A stretch of DNA of 62,564 nt from Rhodobacterales bacterium (GCA_031430315.1 JANPBI010000139.1:1-62564), one strand, 5' to 3'; shown: positions 27,721 to 37,883, counted from the first letter of the stretch. Numbers and translations: made by a program. Notes: generated from the sequence alone by a model not told the origin.

Positions 27721-29649
27721 ATGATAAAAAGTCATATGAAAATTTTCGGTGCCGCAGTCATCCTTGCCCTGTTGGCAGGCGTTGTCCAGGCACAAACCCT
27801 GTCTGAAACGCTTGAGAAGCTTGGGGCCGAACCCTGCGAGGACAGCAGCTTTCTCTGCGTCACGCTGGAAATGCCAAAGAACCATTTTGGCAATGATCCA
27901 TCGGACAGCCTGCCGATCACTTTTGCCACCAGTCCGGCCAGCGAGCCCAGCGAGGGGATCGTTTTCTATGCAATTGGCGGGCCGGGGGGGTCAGGCCTTG
28001 CGTCGGCTGAAAGTTACATGGCCGCCTTTGACGATCCGGTCCGGTCTCGGCTTGACGTGGTTTTTTTTGATCAGCGTGGTGTTGGTCCTGACCACGGGCT
28101 CAGTTGTCCGCTGGCCCAAGGGATCTTTGATCGCGCAGAGGTGACGCTGGATGACCAGGCCGCCCTTTTGGCGACCATCCAGGCCTATGTCACGGATTGC
28201 CAGGCGGAGCTGACCCGCACCGACATCCTGCCTTATGTTGGCACCAACCAGGCCATCCGCGATGTGGAGCTGTTCCGCCAGGCTATCGGTTCTCCCAAGG
28301 TTTGGCTTTATGGTGAAAGCTATGGAACCCAGTTCATGCAGACTTACGCCACCACCTTTCCGGATGCAGCCAAGGGGATCATTCTGGACGGTGTTGTCGA
28401 TCTGAACCTGTCCGAAGACGGGTTCTACCGCACCTATGTGCAGGCAGCAGAGAAAATCCTGAACCGGGTTTTTGAGGCTTGCGATACCCTGTCAAGCTGC
28501 GCCGGGGACATGAAAAAGCCTGCTGCCAGTGTCTATGACGATCTGGTGGCTGCGTTGCAGGCAGCCCCGGCGACGGTCGATTTTCCTCTGACCGATGGCA
28601 CGACGTCGCCACGCGTCCTGACCTCGGGAATGGTTGAATCCAACGCATTCTATGCGCTTTACGGTCCAGAAGGTCGGTCAGGCTTTCTGCGGGCGCTGTC
28701 GGCTGCCGCCCAGGACAATCTGGTGCCGATGTTGCGGCTGGCCTATGCAAACCTCTATATCGACCCCGAAACCGAAGAAGGGTTTACGGACCCGGGTTGG
28801 TTCGGCGCGGCCTATTTTGCGATCACCTGCGACGACTATGGCGATGGTGCAGGGACACCGGATGCGGATGCCGCGCGCATCCTGGACGAGGCGCGTGCCC
28901 TTGCACCTGACGTCCCCCGACTGTTGCGGTCCTTTTACGTGGAGCGTCTGGTCTGTGCCTATTGGCCGACCGCCGGGACCATAGCGCGGCCCGAACCATT
29001 TGCCGGTGGGGATTATCCGACGTTGATCCTGAATTCCGATACGGATCCGATCACGTCGATGTCGATGGCCTACTCGGTCTTCGACAATGTGCGCAATGGC
29101 TATGCCGTGGTGATGCAAGGTGGGCCACATGTGATCTGGGGTCGAGGGCTGGAATGTCCGGATGTCACGGTAGACCGGCTTATCTTTGACGGAGAACGCC
29201 CGGAATCCCATATCCAGCTCTGCCAGCAGGAATTCATTGATCCTTATGTGCCGCTGACCCTAGCAGACGGGACGTCTGGGATTGATGCCTTGACCCTTGG
29301 CCAAGCGATCGAGACCGAACTTAACGCCAGTACCGATTTTGCCGACTGGTCCTATAGCGACGTGCTGGAGTTTTCGTGTGACCACGGCGGAAAGATAAAG
29401 GCAGTGCCGACGGACCAGGGTGCCGCGCTGCAGTTCACGGCCTGCGCATTCTGGCCCGATCTGGAGCTTTACGGCGACGGCACCGTGTCCTTTGTTGACG
29501 ACGAGGCGGACAAGGTTCTGTTGGACCTCGATGTGCTGGGGCCGATCAAGGGCCACTTTGCTTACACATCAGACCTTGCAGCGGGCACCGTCTCGGTCAA
29601 GGGAACGATCAACGGCAAGCCGGTCGAGATGCCGCGCCCGTTGCCGTGA
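27721..29649 (+). CDS. Secreted alpha/beta hydrolase (TAP-like / S33 aminopeptidase-like)
   Basis: 642 aa with signal peptide FGAAVILALLAGVVQAQ. Nucleophile elbow GESYGTQF, candidate Asp in LNSDTDPIT and candidate His in GGPHVIWG. About 130 extra C-terminal residues. Confidence 0.75.
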   Translation: MIKSHMKIFGAAVILALLAGVVQAQTLSETLEKLGAEPCEDSSFLCVTLEMPKNHFGNDPSDSLPITFATSPASEPSEGIVFYAIGGPGGSGLASAESYMAAFDDPVRSRLDVVFFDQRGVGPDHGLSCPLAQGIFDRAEVTLDDQAALLATIQAYVTDCQAELTRTDILPYVGTNQAIRDVELFRQAIGSPKVWLYGESYGTQFMQTYATTFPDAAKGIILDGVVDLNLSEDGFYRTYVQAAEKILNRVFEACDTLSSCAGDMKKPAASVYDDLVAALQAAPATVDFPLTDGTTSPRVLTSGMVESNAFYALYGPEGRSGFLRALSAAAQDNLVPMLRLAYANLYIDPETEEGFTDPGWFGAAYFAITCDDYGDGAGTPDADAARILDEARALAPDVPRLLRSFYVERLVCAYWPTAGTIARPEPFAGGDYPTLILNSDTDPITSMSMAYSVFDNVRNGYAVVMQGGPHVIWGRGLECPDVTVDRLIFDGERPESHIQLCQQEFIDPYVPLTLADGTSGIDALTLGQAIETELNASTDFADWSYSDVLEFSCDHGGKIKAVPTDQGAALQFTACAFWPDLELYGDGTVSFVDDEADKVLLDLDVLGPIKGHFAYTSDLAAGTVSVKGTINGKPVEMPRPLP

Positions 29650-29650
29650 T

Positions 29651-30877
29651 CTAGCCGCCCACCCGCCGGTTCCGAGTCGCGATCAGCTTCAGCCGCAGTG
29701 CGTTCAGTCGGATGAATCCGGCCGCGTCCTTTTGATCATAGGCACCGGCATCTTCCTCGAACGTCACGTGTTTTTCGCTGTAAAGACTATGGTCCGACCA
29801 GCGCGCGACGGTACGGGCCGATCCCTTATACAGCTTGACCCGCACGGTTCCCGTCACATGCTCTTGGCTCTTGTCGATCAACGCCTGCAGCATTTCGCGT
29901 TCCGGGCTGAACCAGAAACCGTTGTAGATCAGCTCTGCATAGCGCGGCATCAGGCTATCTTTCAGATGGCCCGAGCCGGAATCCAGAGTGATCTGCTCGA
30001 TCCCGCGATGTGCCTCCAAAAGGATCGTGCCGCCGGGGGTTTCATAGACTCCGCGCGACTTCATGCCGACAAAGCGGTTCTCGACCAGGTCAAGCACCCC
30101 CACACCGTGACGCGCGCCAAGTTCGTTCAGCTTGGTCAGAACGGTCGCGGGTGACATCTCCACACCGTTCACCGCGACCGCATCGCCGCGTTCAAAGGTG
30201 ACCTCGACCATTTCGGCCTTGTCGGGGGCTTGCTCCACCGGGGTGACGCGTTGATAGACGTATTCGGGCGCCTCTTCCGCCGGATTTTCCAGAACCTTGC
30301 CCTCGGACGAGGTGTGCAGCAGGTTTGCGTCGACACTGAACGGCGCCTCGCCGCGCTTGTCCTTGGCGATCGGGATCTGGTTCGCCTCGGCATAGGCCAA
30401 AAGCTGGGTGCGCGATTGCAGCGTCCATTCCCGCCAGGGCGCGATGACCCGCAAGGCAGGGTTCAGCGCCAGCGCCGATAACTCAAAACGGACCTGATCG
30501 TTGCCCTTGCCGGTCGCGCCATGCGCAACCGCATCTGCGCCGGTTTCTGCTGCGATCTCTACCAGCCGCTTGGCGATCAGGGGCCGCGCGATGGAAGTAC
30601 CAAGTAGGTACAGCCCCTCGTAAAGCGCGTTCGCCCGGAACATCGGGAATACGTAATCCCGCACGAACTCTTCGCGCAGGTCCTCGATATGGATGTCTTT
30701 TTCCTTGATCCCCAGCATCAGCGCCTTGGCGCGTGCGGGTTCCAGTTCCTCGCCCTGGCCAAGGTCGGCGGTAAAGGTGACCACCTCACAGCCATACTCG
30801 TTCTGCAACCATTTCAGGATGATAGAGGTGTCCAGACCGCCGGAATAGGCAAGGACGACTTTCTTGGGCGCGGACAT
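29651..30877 (-). CDS. argG: Argininosuccinate synthase
   Basis: 408 aa. N-terminal ATP pyrophosphatase motif [12 protein letters not shown] and the conserved ArgG core. Confidence 0.95.
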   Translation of the reverse strand: MSAPKKVVLAYSGGLDTSIILKWLQNEYGCEVVTFTADLGQGEELEPARAKALMLGIKEKDIHIEDLREEFVRDYVFPMFRANALYEGLYLLGTSIARPLIAKRLVEIAAETGADAVAHGATGKGNDQVRFELSALALNPALRVIAPWREWTLQSRTQLLAYAEANQIPIAKDKRGEAPFSVDANLLHTSSEGKVLENPAEEAPEYVYQRVTPVEQAPDKAEMVEVTFERGDAVAVNGVEMSPATVLTKLNELGARHGVGVLDLVENRFVGMKSRGVYETPGGTILLEAHRGIEQITLDSGSGHLKDSLMPRYAELIYNGFWFSPEREMLQALIDKSQEHVTGTVRVKLYKGSARTVARWSDHSLYSEKHVTFEEDAGAYDQKDAAGFIRLNALRLKLIATRNRRVGG

Positions 30878-31460
30878 GCGGACAGCCTCATTCGTGCAGG
30901 ATCAAACGGGCTGGGGTGTATTTGGTTTTGGCTGAGGCGGCAAGGGTAGCAAAGGTCAGGGCGAACCTGAAGAGATGTCCTGGATGCAGCCGGTTAACCC
31001 CCTAACTTGCTGAGAAGAGCGAAATGTGAAGCCTAGTAGCGCCGACCGCCATCCAACAGGATATTGTGAAGCCGGGTCAGCAGGACAGTTTCCGACTCTG
31101 GCTCGGCTCGGGCTGTTTTTGCAATTGCCAAATGCGATTTCAGAGCATTGGGCAAATTCGCAGCCACCAAATTGGAGCGGCGCGGCATTGGGCCCAACAG
31201 CAACGCTGTACGGCCGTGATAGGCAAGCATTTGAGTTGCGCGGAACATTCTTTTCCCTTGATGTCCGTATTATCCGCATTCGCAGACAATCACTCTCCCT
31301 GCCCCGAATTGACTGTCGAATTGCGGCAAGACCGCGGCCAAATTCCGGCATGTCCAAGAATTGCGAACATGAAACGAAAGCTTTTGTTGATATCTCGCGC
31401 CGCTTGACTTGCGCCCGTGCTTTGTGACGAAGGTTTGCAGCGCAAAAAGGTGGAGCCAAA

Positions 31461-32708
31461 ATGAACGGATTCGCACCGGGGGCAAGAGCGGCAGCGGCGG
31501 CCTTGCGGGAAGTCTTTGACGCGACCCCCTTGCAGCGGAATGTCCATCTGTCGGATCGCTATCAAGCCGAGATCTGGCTAAAGCGCGAGGATCTTACCCC
31601 CGTTCGCAGCTACAAACTGCGCGGAGCGTTCACCGCCATGCGAAAGATGCACAAATCTGCCCCGCAGCAGACCCAATTCGTCTGTGCAAGTGCAGGTAAC
31701 CATGCGCAAGGGATGGCCTATGCCTGCCGCCATTTCGGCGTTCACGGCACGATCTTTATGCCGGTCACCACGCCACAACAAAAAATCGACAAGACCCGCG
31801 TCTTTGGGCAAGACGCAATTTCGGTTGTCCTGACCGGGGACTACTTTGACCAGACCCTGGCCGCCGCGCGCAGTTTCTGCGCCGAACAGGGTGCCTATTT
31901 CCTGTCGCCATTCGACGACGCGGACGTCATCGAGGGACAGGCGACTGTCGGTGTGGAAATGCTGGAGCAGTTGGGCTGTGCGCCCGATCTGGTAGTTCTG
32001 CCGGTTGGCGGTGGGGGACTGGCTGCGGGTGTGACGCGCTATTTGCGCGAAGTGGCGCCCGCGACGCAGTTTCGTTTCGTCGAGCCTCTTGGCGGTGCCA
32101 GTCTTTTGGCCGCCCTGCGGGCCGGAGCACCTACCCGGCTGAACCGCGTGAACAGTTTCGTCGACGGGGCCGCGGTAGCCCAGGTGGGCGCGCTGACGTT
32201 TGCGGCACTGGACTGGGTGACGCCTGATCAGGTCTTGCTTGCCCCTGAAGACCGCATCTGCGTGACCATGCTGGAGATGCTGAACGTCGAAGGGATCGTG
32301 CTGGAACCTGCCGGGGCATTGGCGGTCGACGTCCTGCCCGAACTGGCCGAGATGATCCGTGGCAAGACGGTGGTCTGCGTCACCTCGGGTGGAAATTTCG
32401 ATTTCGAACGCTTGCCCGAAGTGAAAGAGCGCGCCCAGCGCCATGCAGGACTGAAGAAGTATTTCATCTTGCGCATGCCCCAACGTCCCGGTGCATTGCG
32501 AGAATTTTTGGCCATGCTTGGCCCCGATGATGATATTGCTCGGTTTGAATACCTGAAAAAGTCGGCACGGAACTTCGGTTCGGTCCTGATCGGGATCGAG
32601 ACCCGGACTGCCGAAAATTTTCGGCAGTTTACCGACCGCATGGATGCCGCCGATCTGCAATATCGCGACATCACCACCGATGAAGCCTTGGCAGAATTCC
32701 TGGTCTAG
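31461..32708 (+). CDS. ilvA: Threonine ammonia-lyase (biosynthetic type, single regulatory domain)
   Basis: 415 aa. PLP lysine context PVRSYKLRGAF, GGGGL loop (LPVGGGGLAAG) and a C-terminal ACT-like regulatory domain. Confidence 0.9.
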   Translation: MNGFAPGARAAAAALREVFDATPLQRNVHLSDRYQAEIWLKREDLTPVRSYKLRGAFTAMRKMHKSAPQQTQFVCASAGNHAQGMAYACRHFGVHGTIFMPVTTPQQKIDKTRVFGQDAISVVLTGDYFDQTLAAARSFCAEQGAYFLSPFDDADVIEGQATVGVEMLEQLGCAPDLVVLPVGGGGLAAGVTRYLREVAPATQFRFVEPLGGASLLAALRAGAPTRLNRVNSFVDGAAVAQVGALTFAALDWVTPDQVLLAPEDRICVTMLEMLNVEGIVLEPAGALAVDVLPELAEMIRGKTVVCVTSGGNFDFERLPEVKERAQRHAGLKKYFILRMPQRPGALREFLAMLGPDDDIARFEYLKKSARNFGSVLIGIETRTAENFRQFTDRMDAADLQYRDITTDEALAEFLV

Positions 32709-33037
32709 GCGGCAGGGTCCATGACGTCGCCGGCCAGGAACGTAGATTTAGACTGGTGGTAAAGCGCAATGACCAAGTCCAACACGACCTCGGCACCGTC
32801 CCCACGCGCGGCGTTGCGTTCGCCCTGCTGACAAAGGTCGGCCAGCGCGGAAAAGCCAAGGTTCAAGGCTGAGCCTTTCAGGAAATGCAGGTCCGCCTCC
32901 AGGGTTTGTACCGCATTCGCACCTGCCAGGCGGGCCACGACCTCGTCGGTTTCCTGCAAGAAAAGGCCGACAACCTCTTGCAAGTCTTCTTCGCCGATTT
33001 CTGCCCTCAGTTCCGCAATGCGTGTCCAGTCGATCAT
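32705..33037 (-). CDS. Hpt (histidine phosphotransfer) domain protein
   Basis: 110 aa from the ATG at 33037 (GGAGGG RBS). Hpt signature HFLKGSALNLG. Its stop overlaps the ilvA stop within CTAG. Confidence 0.7.
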   Translation of the reverse strand: MIDWTRIAELRAEIGEEDLQEVVGLFLQETDEVVARLAGANAVQTLEADLHFLKGSALNLGFSALADLCQQGERNAARGDGAEVVLDLVIALYHQSKSTFLAGDVMDPAA

Positions 33038-33189
33038 GCCACCCTCCTGCGCCATATCGCGCCGATACACCCCTGCCAAAACTGCGATCTGTCCCTTAAG
33101 AATTGGTAACGCGTGATCAGGCCAGAACCGGCAATTTTAACGTTTACCCCTCTTTAAGCCGGGTCGGCGACATCGCTGGGACGAGGCAG

Positions 33190-34488
33190 ATGGGGCATTC
33201 CGTGCAAAGGCGATTTCAAAATAGCAACTTGGCGGCGCCAGTGCCGATGGATAAGGCGCCGAGGCGGGTTCTCGTGGTTGATGACAGCAAGGCCCAGCGC
33301 ATGATGCTGTCGATGCAATTGTCACGCTGGGGTTATGTCGTGACCGAAGCCGCGTCTGGCGAAGAGGCGTTGGCCGCCTGCCACACGACCGACTATGATA
33401 TCATTTTAAGCGACTGGATGATGACGGGCATGACCGGTGTCGATTTATGCCGCGAATTCCGCGCTTTGCCTCGCGAAGGCTATGGCTACTTCATCTTGCT
33501 GACATCGAAATCGGAAAAGGCGGAAATCGCCCGCGGGCTAGAGGCAGGGGCAGATGACTTTCTGACTAAACCGGTCAGTGCCGACGAACTGCGCGCCCGG
33601 TTGCGCGCCGGCGAACGAATTCTAGGGATGCAGACGGAACTCGTCGAAAAGAACCGGCTGGTGGGGTCAACGCTGTCGGAACTTCAAAAACTGTACGATT
33701 CGCTGGATCGCGATCTGATCGAGGCGCGCAAGTTGCAACAGACACTGGTGCGGGATCGCCAGCGCGAATTCGGGCAGGGCAGGGCGTCCATCCTGATGCG
33801 CCCATCGGGCCATGTCGGGGGCGATCTTGCAGGCTGCTTTGCGATCAACAGTCGGCGTCTTGCCCTTTATTCGGTCGATGTGTCCGGTCACGGCGTTGCC
33901 AGCGCGATGATGACGGTCCGTCTGGCCGGACTTTTATCCGCCGCCTCGCCAGATCAGAACATCGCGCTGACCGCCGGACACAAGGGTCAGCAGGATGCCT
34001 GGCCGCCGGAAATGGTCGCCGTGCGGTTCAACAAGATGATGCTCGAAGAAATGCAGGTCGATCAGTATTTTACCATGGTCTATGCCGAAATTGATTTGGA
34101 CAATGGCCGGGGCAGTCTGGTTCAGGCTGGGCACCCGCACCCGTTAGTCTTGCGGGCATCCGGAGCGGTGGAGAGGCTGGGGCGCGGCGGCCTGCCAATC
34201 GGGCTGGTTCCAGGTGCCAAGTATGAACGTGTGGCGTTCCGGCTTTGTCCGGGGGACCGGTTGCTGCTGGTGTCAGACGGAATTACCGAATGTCCAGGAC
34301 AGGACGGGACCGACTTTGGCGAAGAGGGGCTGGAGGCGTTGTTGCGCAATCATGTTGGACTGGACAGCAAGGCCTTGCTGGAACTGATTCCGTGGGAACT
34401 GGCTTCCTTCTCTGGAACAGAAGAATTTCCTGACGATGTCTCTGGTGTGATTTTCGACTACATTGGAAACAGTCAAACGTCGCATTAG
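33190..34488 (+). CDS. Response regulator with PP2C/SpoIIE-type phosphatase output domain
   Basis: REC domain (VLVVDDSKAQR, ILSDWMMTGMTG, LTSK, DDFLTKP) followed by a SpoIIE-like domain (GHVGGDL, YSVDVSGHGVASA, LLLVSDGITE). The start is ambiguous: TTG 33103, ATG 33190 or ATG 33247. Confidence 0.85.
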   Translation: MGHSVQRRFQNSNLAAPVPMDKAPRRVLVVDDSKAQRMMLSMQLSRWGYVVTEAASGEEALAACHTTDYDIILSDWMMTGMTGVDLCREFRALPREGYGYFILLTSKSEKAEIARGLEAGADDFLTKPVSADELRARLRAGERILGMQTELVEKNRLVGSTLSELQKLYDSLDRDLIEARKLQQTLVRDRQREFGQGRASILMRPSGHVGGDLAGCFAINSRRLALYSVDVSGHGVASAMMTVRLAGLLSAASPDQNIALTAGHKGQQDAWPPEMVAVRFNKMMLEEMQVDQYFTMVYAEIDLDNGRGSLVQAGHPHPLVLRASGAVERLGRGGLPIGLVPGAKYERVAFRLCPGDRLLLVSDGITECPGQDGTDFGEEGLEALLRNHVGLDSKALLELIPWELASFSGTEEFPDDVSGVIFDYIGNSQTSH

Positions 34489-34925
34489 CCAGTGACAAAT
34501 CGCGCCAACATCGCGCGGTCGCCGGGATTGCCAAGGCGCTTTACCGCTTGGTCGACAGGCAGCCAGATGGCCGTGTGGCCCGCTTCGGTTGGCGGGCCCA
34601 GGCACATGACTGGCCGCGCCAGATAAACGGCACAGATCTTTTCCGCCCATAGATCGTATTCCGGCATGTACGTGAACCGACGGAACGCTCCGATCCGCCG
34701 GTCGATTTCGATCCGCCAGCCGGTCTCCTCACGCACTTCGCGGTGCAGGGCCGGAATCGGCTGCTCTCCAGGATCAATTCCACCGCCGGGCAGTTGGAAC
34801 TCCGGCATCGGGGCGGATTGATAGGTGACAAGCAGGCTGTCGCCCCGCAGCAGCACGGCATAGACCCCGGGGCGACGACGATAATGCTGATCAAGCCGTT
34901 TGCTGTCGCCAAAGCGTGGGATCAT
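34485..34925 (-). CDS. NUDIX hydrolase
   Basis: 146 aa with a Nudix box: GGGIDPGEQPIPALHREVREETGW. Confidence 0.8.
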   Translation of the reverse strand: MIPRFGDSKRLDQHYRRRPGVYAVLLRGDSLLVTYQSAPMPEFQLPGGGIDPGEQPIPALHREVREETGWRIEIDRRIGAFRRFTYMPEYDLWAEKICAVYLARPVMCLGPPTEAGHTAIWLPVDQAVKRLGNPGDRAMLARFVTG

Positions 34926-35004
34926 CGATTGTCGTCCTTGGAGGGCTGGTTGCTCTGCCTATATTGGCGCGGTATGCCAGCACAGTTGCGGCAAGGAAAC
35001 CCCG

Positions 35005-35988
35005 ATGACATCGCTTGATCCAGCCTGGGACGACATGGTCCTGCCCTTTCAATTGGACCGCCCGGACATCCGCGGCCGCGTTGTCCGTCTGGACGGCGTA
35101 TTGGACCAAGTCCTGCGCCAGCATGCCTATCCTGCGCAGATCGAGGCGCTGGTGGCCGAAGCTGCGCTGCTGACGGCGTTGATCGGCCAATCGGTCAAGC
35201 TCCGCTGGAAGCTGAGCCTGCAAGTCCGGGGCAATGGTCCCGCACGGCTCATCGCGACCGACTATTACGGACCCGAAGTCGAAGGCGCCGCCGCCCGGAT
35301 CCGTGCTTATGCCAGTTTCGATGACGAGCGTCTTGAGCCCGATGCCAGGCCATTCGACCAGATCGGGACAGGTTACTTTGCCGTAATGATCGACCAAGGC
35401 GATGGAATGGTTCCCTATCAGGGCTTTACCCCAATCGCTGGCAAATCCCTTTCGGACTGCGCGGAAACCTACTTTGCCCAATCCGAACAGTTGCCGACCC
35501 GGTTTCAGCTGACCTTTGGAAAAAGCCAAGCTCCGGGACTTGCCCCGCACTGGCGTGCCGGCGGTGTGATGCTGCAGCACATGCCGGCTGTGGGCGGTTC
35601 TGTCGCAGCCGACGCTGGCTCGGGCGAAGGTGGGTTGTTGAGCCATGTCGACATCCTTTCAGGCGAAGCCTCTGAAAACTGGACGCGCGCCAATCTGCTG
35701 CTCGACACGGTCGAAGAGATCGAGCTGATTGGGCCATCCGTCACCCCGACCGACCTTTTGGTGCGGCTTTTTCATGAGGAAGCGCCGCGCGTCTTCGATG
35801 CGACTGCCGTGCGGTTCGGCTGTTCCTGTTCGGCGGACAAAGTGCGCCAGACCATGTCGATCTACTCGCAGAAAGACATTGCCAAAATGACGACGGCGGA
35901 CGGGATCGTGACAGCGGATTGCCAGTTCTGCAGCGCACACTATGAATTTGACCCCAAGACACTGGGGTTCGAGGCTAAGGATGCGTGA
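35005..35988 (+). CDS. hslO: Redox-regulated chaperone Hsp33
   Basis: 327 aa from the ATG at 35005. C-terminal zinc-centre cysteines CSCS and CQFCS (FGCSCSADKV ... TADCQFCSAHYEF). Confidence 0.9.
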   Translation: MTSLDPAWDDMVLPFQLDRPDIRGRVVRLDGVLDQVLRQHAYPAQIEALVAEAALLTALIGQSVKLRWKLSLQVRGNGPARLIATDYYGPEVEGAAARIRAYASFDDERLEPDARPFDQIGTGYFAVMIDQGDGMVPYQGFTPIAGKSLSDCAETYFAQSEQLPTRFQLTFGKSQAPGLAPHWRAGGVMLQHMPAVGGSVAADAGSGEGGLLSHVDILSGEASENWTRANLLLDTVEEIELIGPSVTPTDLLVRLFHEEAPRVFDATAVRFGCSCSADKVRQTMSIYSQKDIAKMTTADGIVTADCQFCSAHYEFDPKTLGFEAKDA

Positions 35989-36562
35989 CCTCGAGCGCCT
36001 GCGCACCGCGCTATTGGGTCCGGCAGCGCCGTCGTCGGATTTTGACTTGAACCCGCCGGTCCAGCTGGCCGCAGGCCGCGTTCTGCGCCCCGCGGGTGTG
36101 CTGTTAGCAGTCTGGGGGGATCGACTGATCCTGACAAAGCGCGCCTCGCATCTGAAACATCACCCGGGGCAGATCGCCTTTCCTGGCGGCAAGGTCGATG
36201 CGGGCGATGCAACGGCGACGGATGCTGCTCTTCGCGAGGCAAGGGAAGAAATCGGCCTTGCGACCGATCTGGTCGAGGTTCTGGGCCTGCTGCCCGTACA
36301 TGAAACGGTCACCGGCTTTTCCGTGACGCCCGTTTTGGGCAATGTTCGAGCCGATTTCGTACCAGTGCCAGAGGCAGGTGAGGTCGAAGAGGTCTTTACC
36401 GTGCCCCTGCGCCACGTCCTCGACCCTGCGAACTATGCTATCGAACGGCGACTTTGGCGGGGGCAGTGGCGTCGATACTACGCGGTGCCCTACGGCCCCC
36501 ACTACATCTGGGGCGCGACTGCACGCATCCTGCGCGGGCTGGCCGAACGAGTGGCGCGATGA
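35981..36562 (+). CDS. CoA pyrophosphatase (NUDIX, NudL-like)
   Basis: 193 aa. LILTKRASHLKHHPGQIAFPGG matches the CoA-pyrophosphatase signature upstream of the Nudix box (ALREAREEIGL). It overlaps the hslO 3' end by 8 nt and the cca start (ATGA). Confidence 0.8.
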   Translation: MRDLERLRTALLGPAAPSSDFDLNPPVQLAAGRVLRPAGVLLAVWGDRLILTKRASHLKHHPGQIAFPGGKVDAGDATATDAALREAREEIGLATDLVEVLGLLPVHETVTGFSVTPVLGNVRADFVPVPEAGEVEEVFTVPLRHVLDPANYAIERRLWRGQWRRYYAVPYGPHYIWGATARILRGLAERVAR

Positions 36563-37704
36563 AACTCGCAGGAGAATGGCTGCATCATCCAGGCACAAGG
36601 GCTGTGTTTGCAACATTGGGCACCAAGGGGCATCAGGTCCTGTTCGTTGGCGGCTGCGTGCGCAACGCCCTTATGGGACGACCGGTTGGCGACATAGACC
36701 TTGCCACTGATGCAATGCCGGACGAAGTCGGCGAGCTTTGCACTATCGCAGGACTTAAGGTTGTGCCAACCGGGATCGATCATGGCACCGTGACCATCAT
36801 TTCCGCAGGCCGACCCCATGAGGTCACGACCTTTCGCCGAGATGTGGCCACCGACGGCCGGCATGCCAAGGTGGCCTTTGGCAGCGATCTGATCATCGAT
36901 GCCGCACGGCGGGATTTCACCATGAACGCCCTTTATGCACAGGCGGACGGGACGGTCGTCGATCCACTTGGCGGGCTACCGGATGTCATTGCGGGTCGGG
37001 TTCGGTTCGTTGGCGATCCTGCGGCGCGCATTGCCGAGGACTACCTTCGCATCCTGCGGTTCTTTCGCTTTCACGCGGTTTACGGCGATCCCTCCGAAGG
37101 GCTGGATGCCGAAGGGCTCGCCGCATGTGCGGCATGTTCCGCTGGAATAGAGACACTTTCGCGCGAACGCGTTGGTCAGGAAATGCGCAAGCTGCTTGCC
37201 GCTCCCGACCCTAGTCCAGCTGTTGCTGCTATGGCGCAAGCAGGGGTTTTGGCACGTATTCTGCCCGGTGCGGATCCCCGCGCGCTGGCCCCTTTTGTAC
37301 ACCTGCAGTCTGATTCCGATCCGGATTGGTTGCCACGCCTGGCAGCACTGGGCGGCGAGAATGTTGAGGAGCGCTTGCGTCTGTCTCGCACTGAGGCGCG
37401 CGATCTAGGCGCCTTGCGGGGGGCGATCGGCAGTGCAGAGTCGCCTGCGGTTCTTGGATGGCGGCTGGGCACAAACCGCGCATCTAACGCGATGTTGCTT
37501 CGTGCAGCAGTTCTGGAAACGCCTTTGCCCCCGGGCTGGCCCGACGACGTCCGCCGGGGTGCTGCAGCGACTTTTCCTATAGCTGCCGCCGATCTGATGC
37601 CCAACTTGACCGGCATTGCGCTGGGCGAAAGGCTGAAGGTGCTGCAAACCTGCTGGCTGGCCAGCGACCTGCGCGCAAGCCGCGAGGATTTGCTGAAGTC
37701 CTGA
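36559..37704 (+). CDS. cca: CCA tRNA nucleotidyltransferase / poly(A) polymerase family
   Basis: 381 aa from the ATG at 36559. Head-domain motif FVGGCVRNALMGRPVGDIDLATD and RRDFTMNAL. Confidence 0.85.
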   Translation: MKLAGEWLHHPGTRAVFATLGTKGHQVLFVGGCVRNALMGRPVGDIDLATDAMPDEVGELCTIAGLKVVPTGIDHGTVTIISAGRPHEVTTFRRDVATDGRHAKVAFGSDLIIDAARRDFTMNALYAQADGTVVDPLGGLPDVIAGRVRFVGDPAARIAEDYLRILRFFRFHAVYGDPSEGLDAEGLAACAACSAGIETLSRERVGQEMRKLLAAPDPSPAVAAMAQAGVLARILPGADPRALAPFVHLQSDSDPDWLPRLAALGGENVEERLRLSRTEARDLGALRGAIGSAESPAVLGWRLGTNRASNAMLLRAAVLETPLPPGWPDDVRRGAAATFPIAAADLMPNLTGIALGERLKVLQTCWLASDLRASREDLLKS

Positions 37705-37883
37705 CATTTCAGGGGGGTGACAATCCTCCCCGATTCAGCTACGTACGCGTTGACCCCAAATAGGAGATCAGCATGGACCACGGGAATTCGTTTCGACTCG
37801 CTTGAGTTGACCGTTCCCGTCGTGGCGGTCGCTTGAATAGCACCGCTTCACCCCATCGCTGCATCTTTCTTCGGGTATCTCCA

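Noticed and set aside
31033-31248. Possible tyrosine-recombinase remnant in the argG-ilvA spacer (minus-strand RTALLLGPMPRRSNL...LAIAKTARAEPESETVLL loosely resembling the TGLRxSE...TKT...VPL pattern)
   Set aside because: The resemblance covers only about 45 residues of loose pattern. There are no downstream HxxR or Tyr motifs, because argG begins too soon, and there is no tRNA or att-like repeat nearby. This is not sufficient evidence.
31578-32660. 360-aa minus-strand ORF antisense to ilvA
   Set aside because: ilvA on the plus strand has the PLP-lysine and GGGG motifs. The antisense product is low-complexity with no motifs.
37709-37731. Hairpin after cca (GGGGGG-TGACAAT-CCTCCCC) as a terminator
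   Set aside because: The stem is imperfect (a T interrupts the C-run) and no U-tract follows. It is too weak to call.
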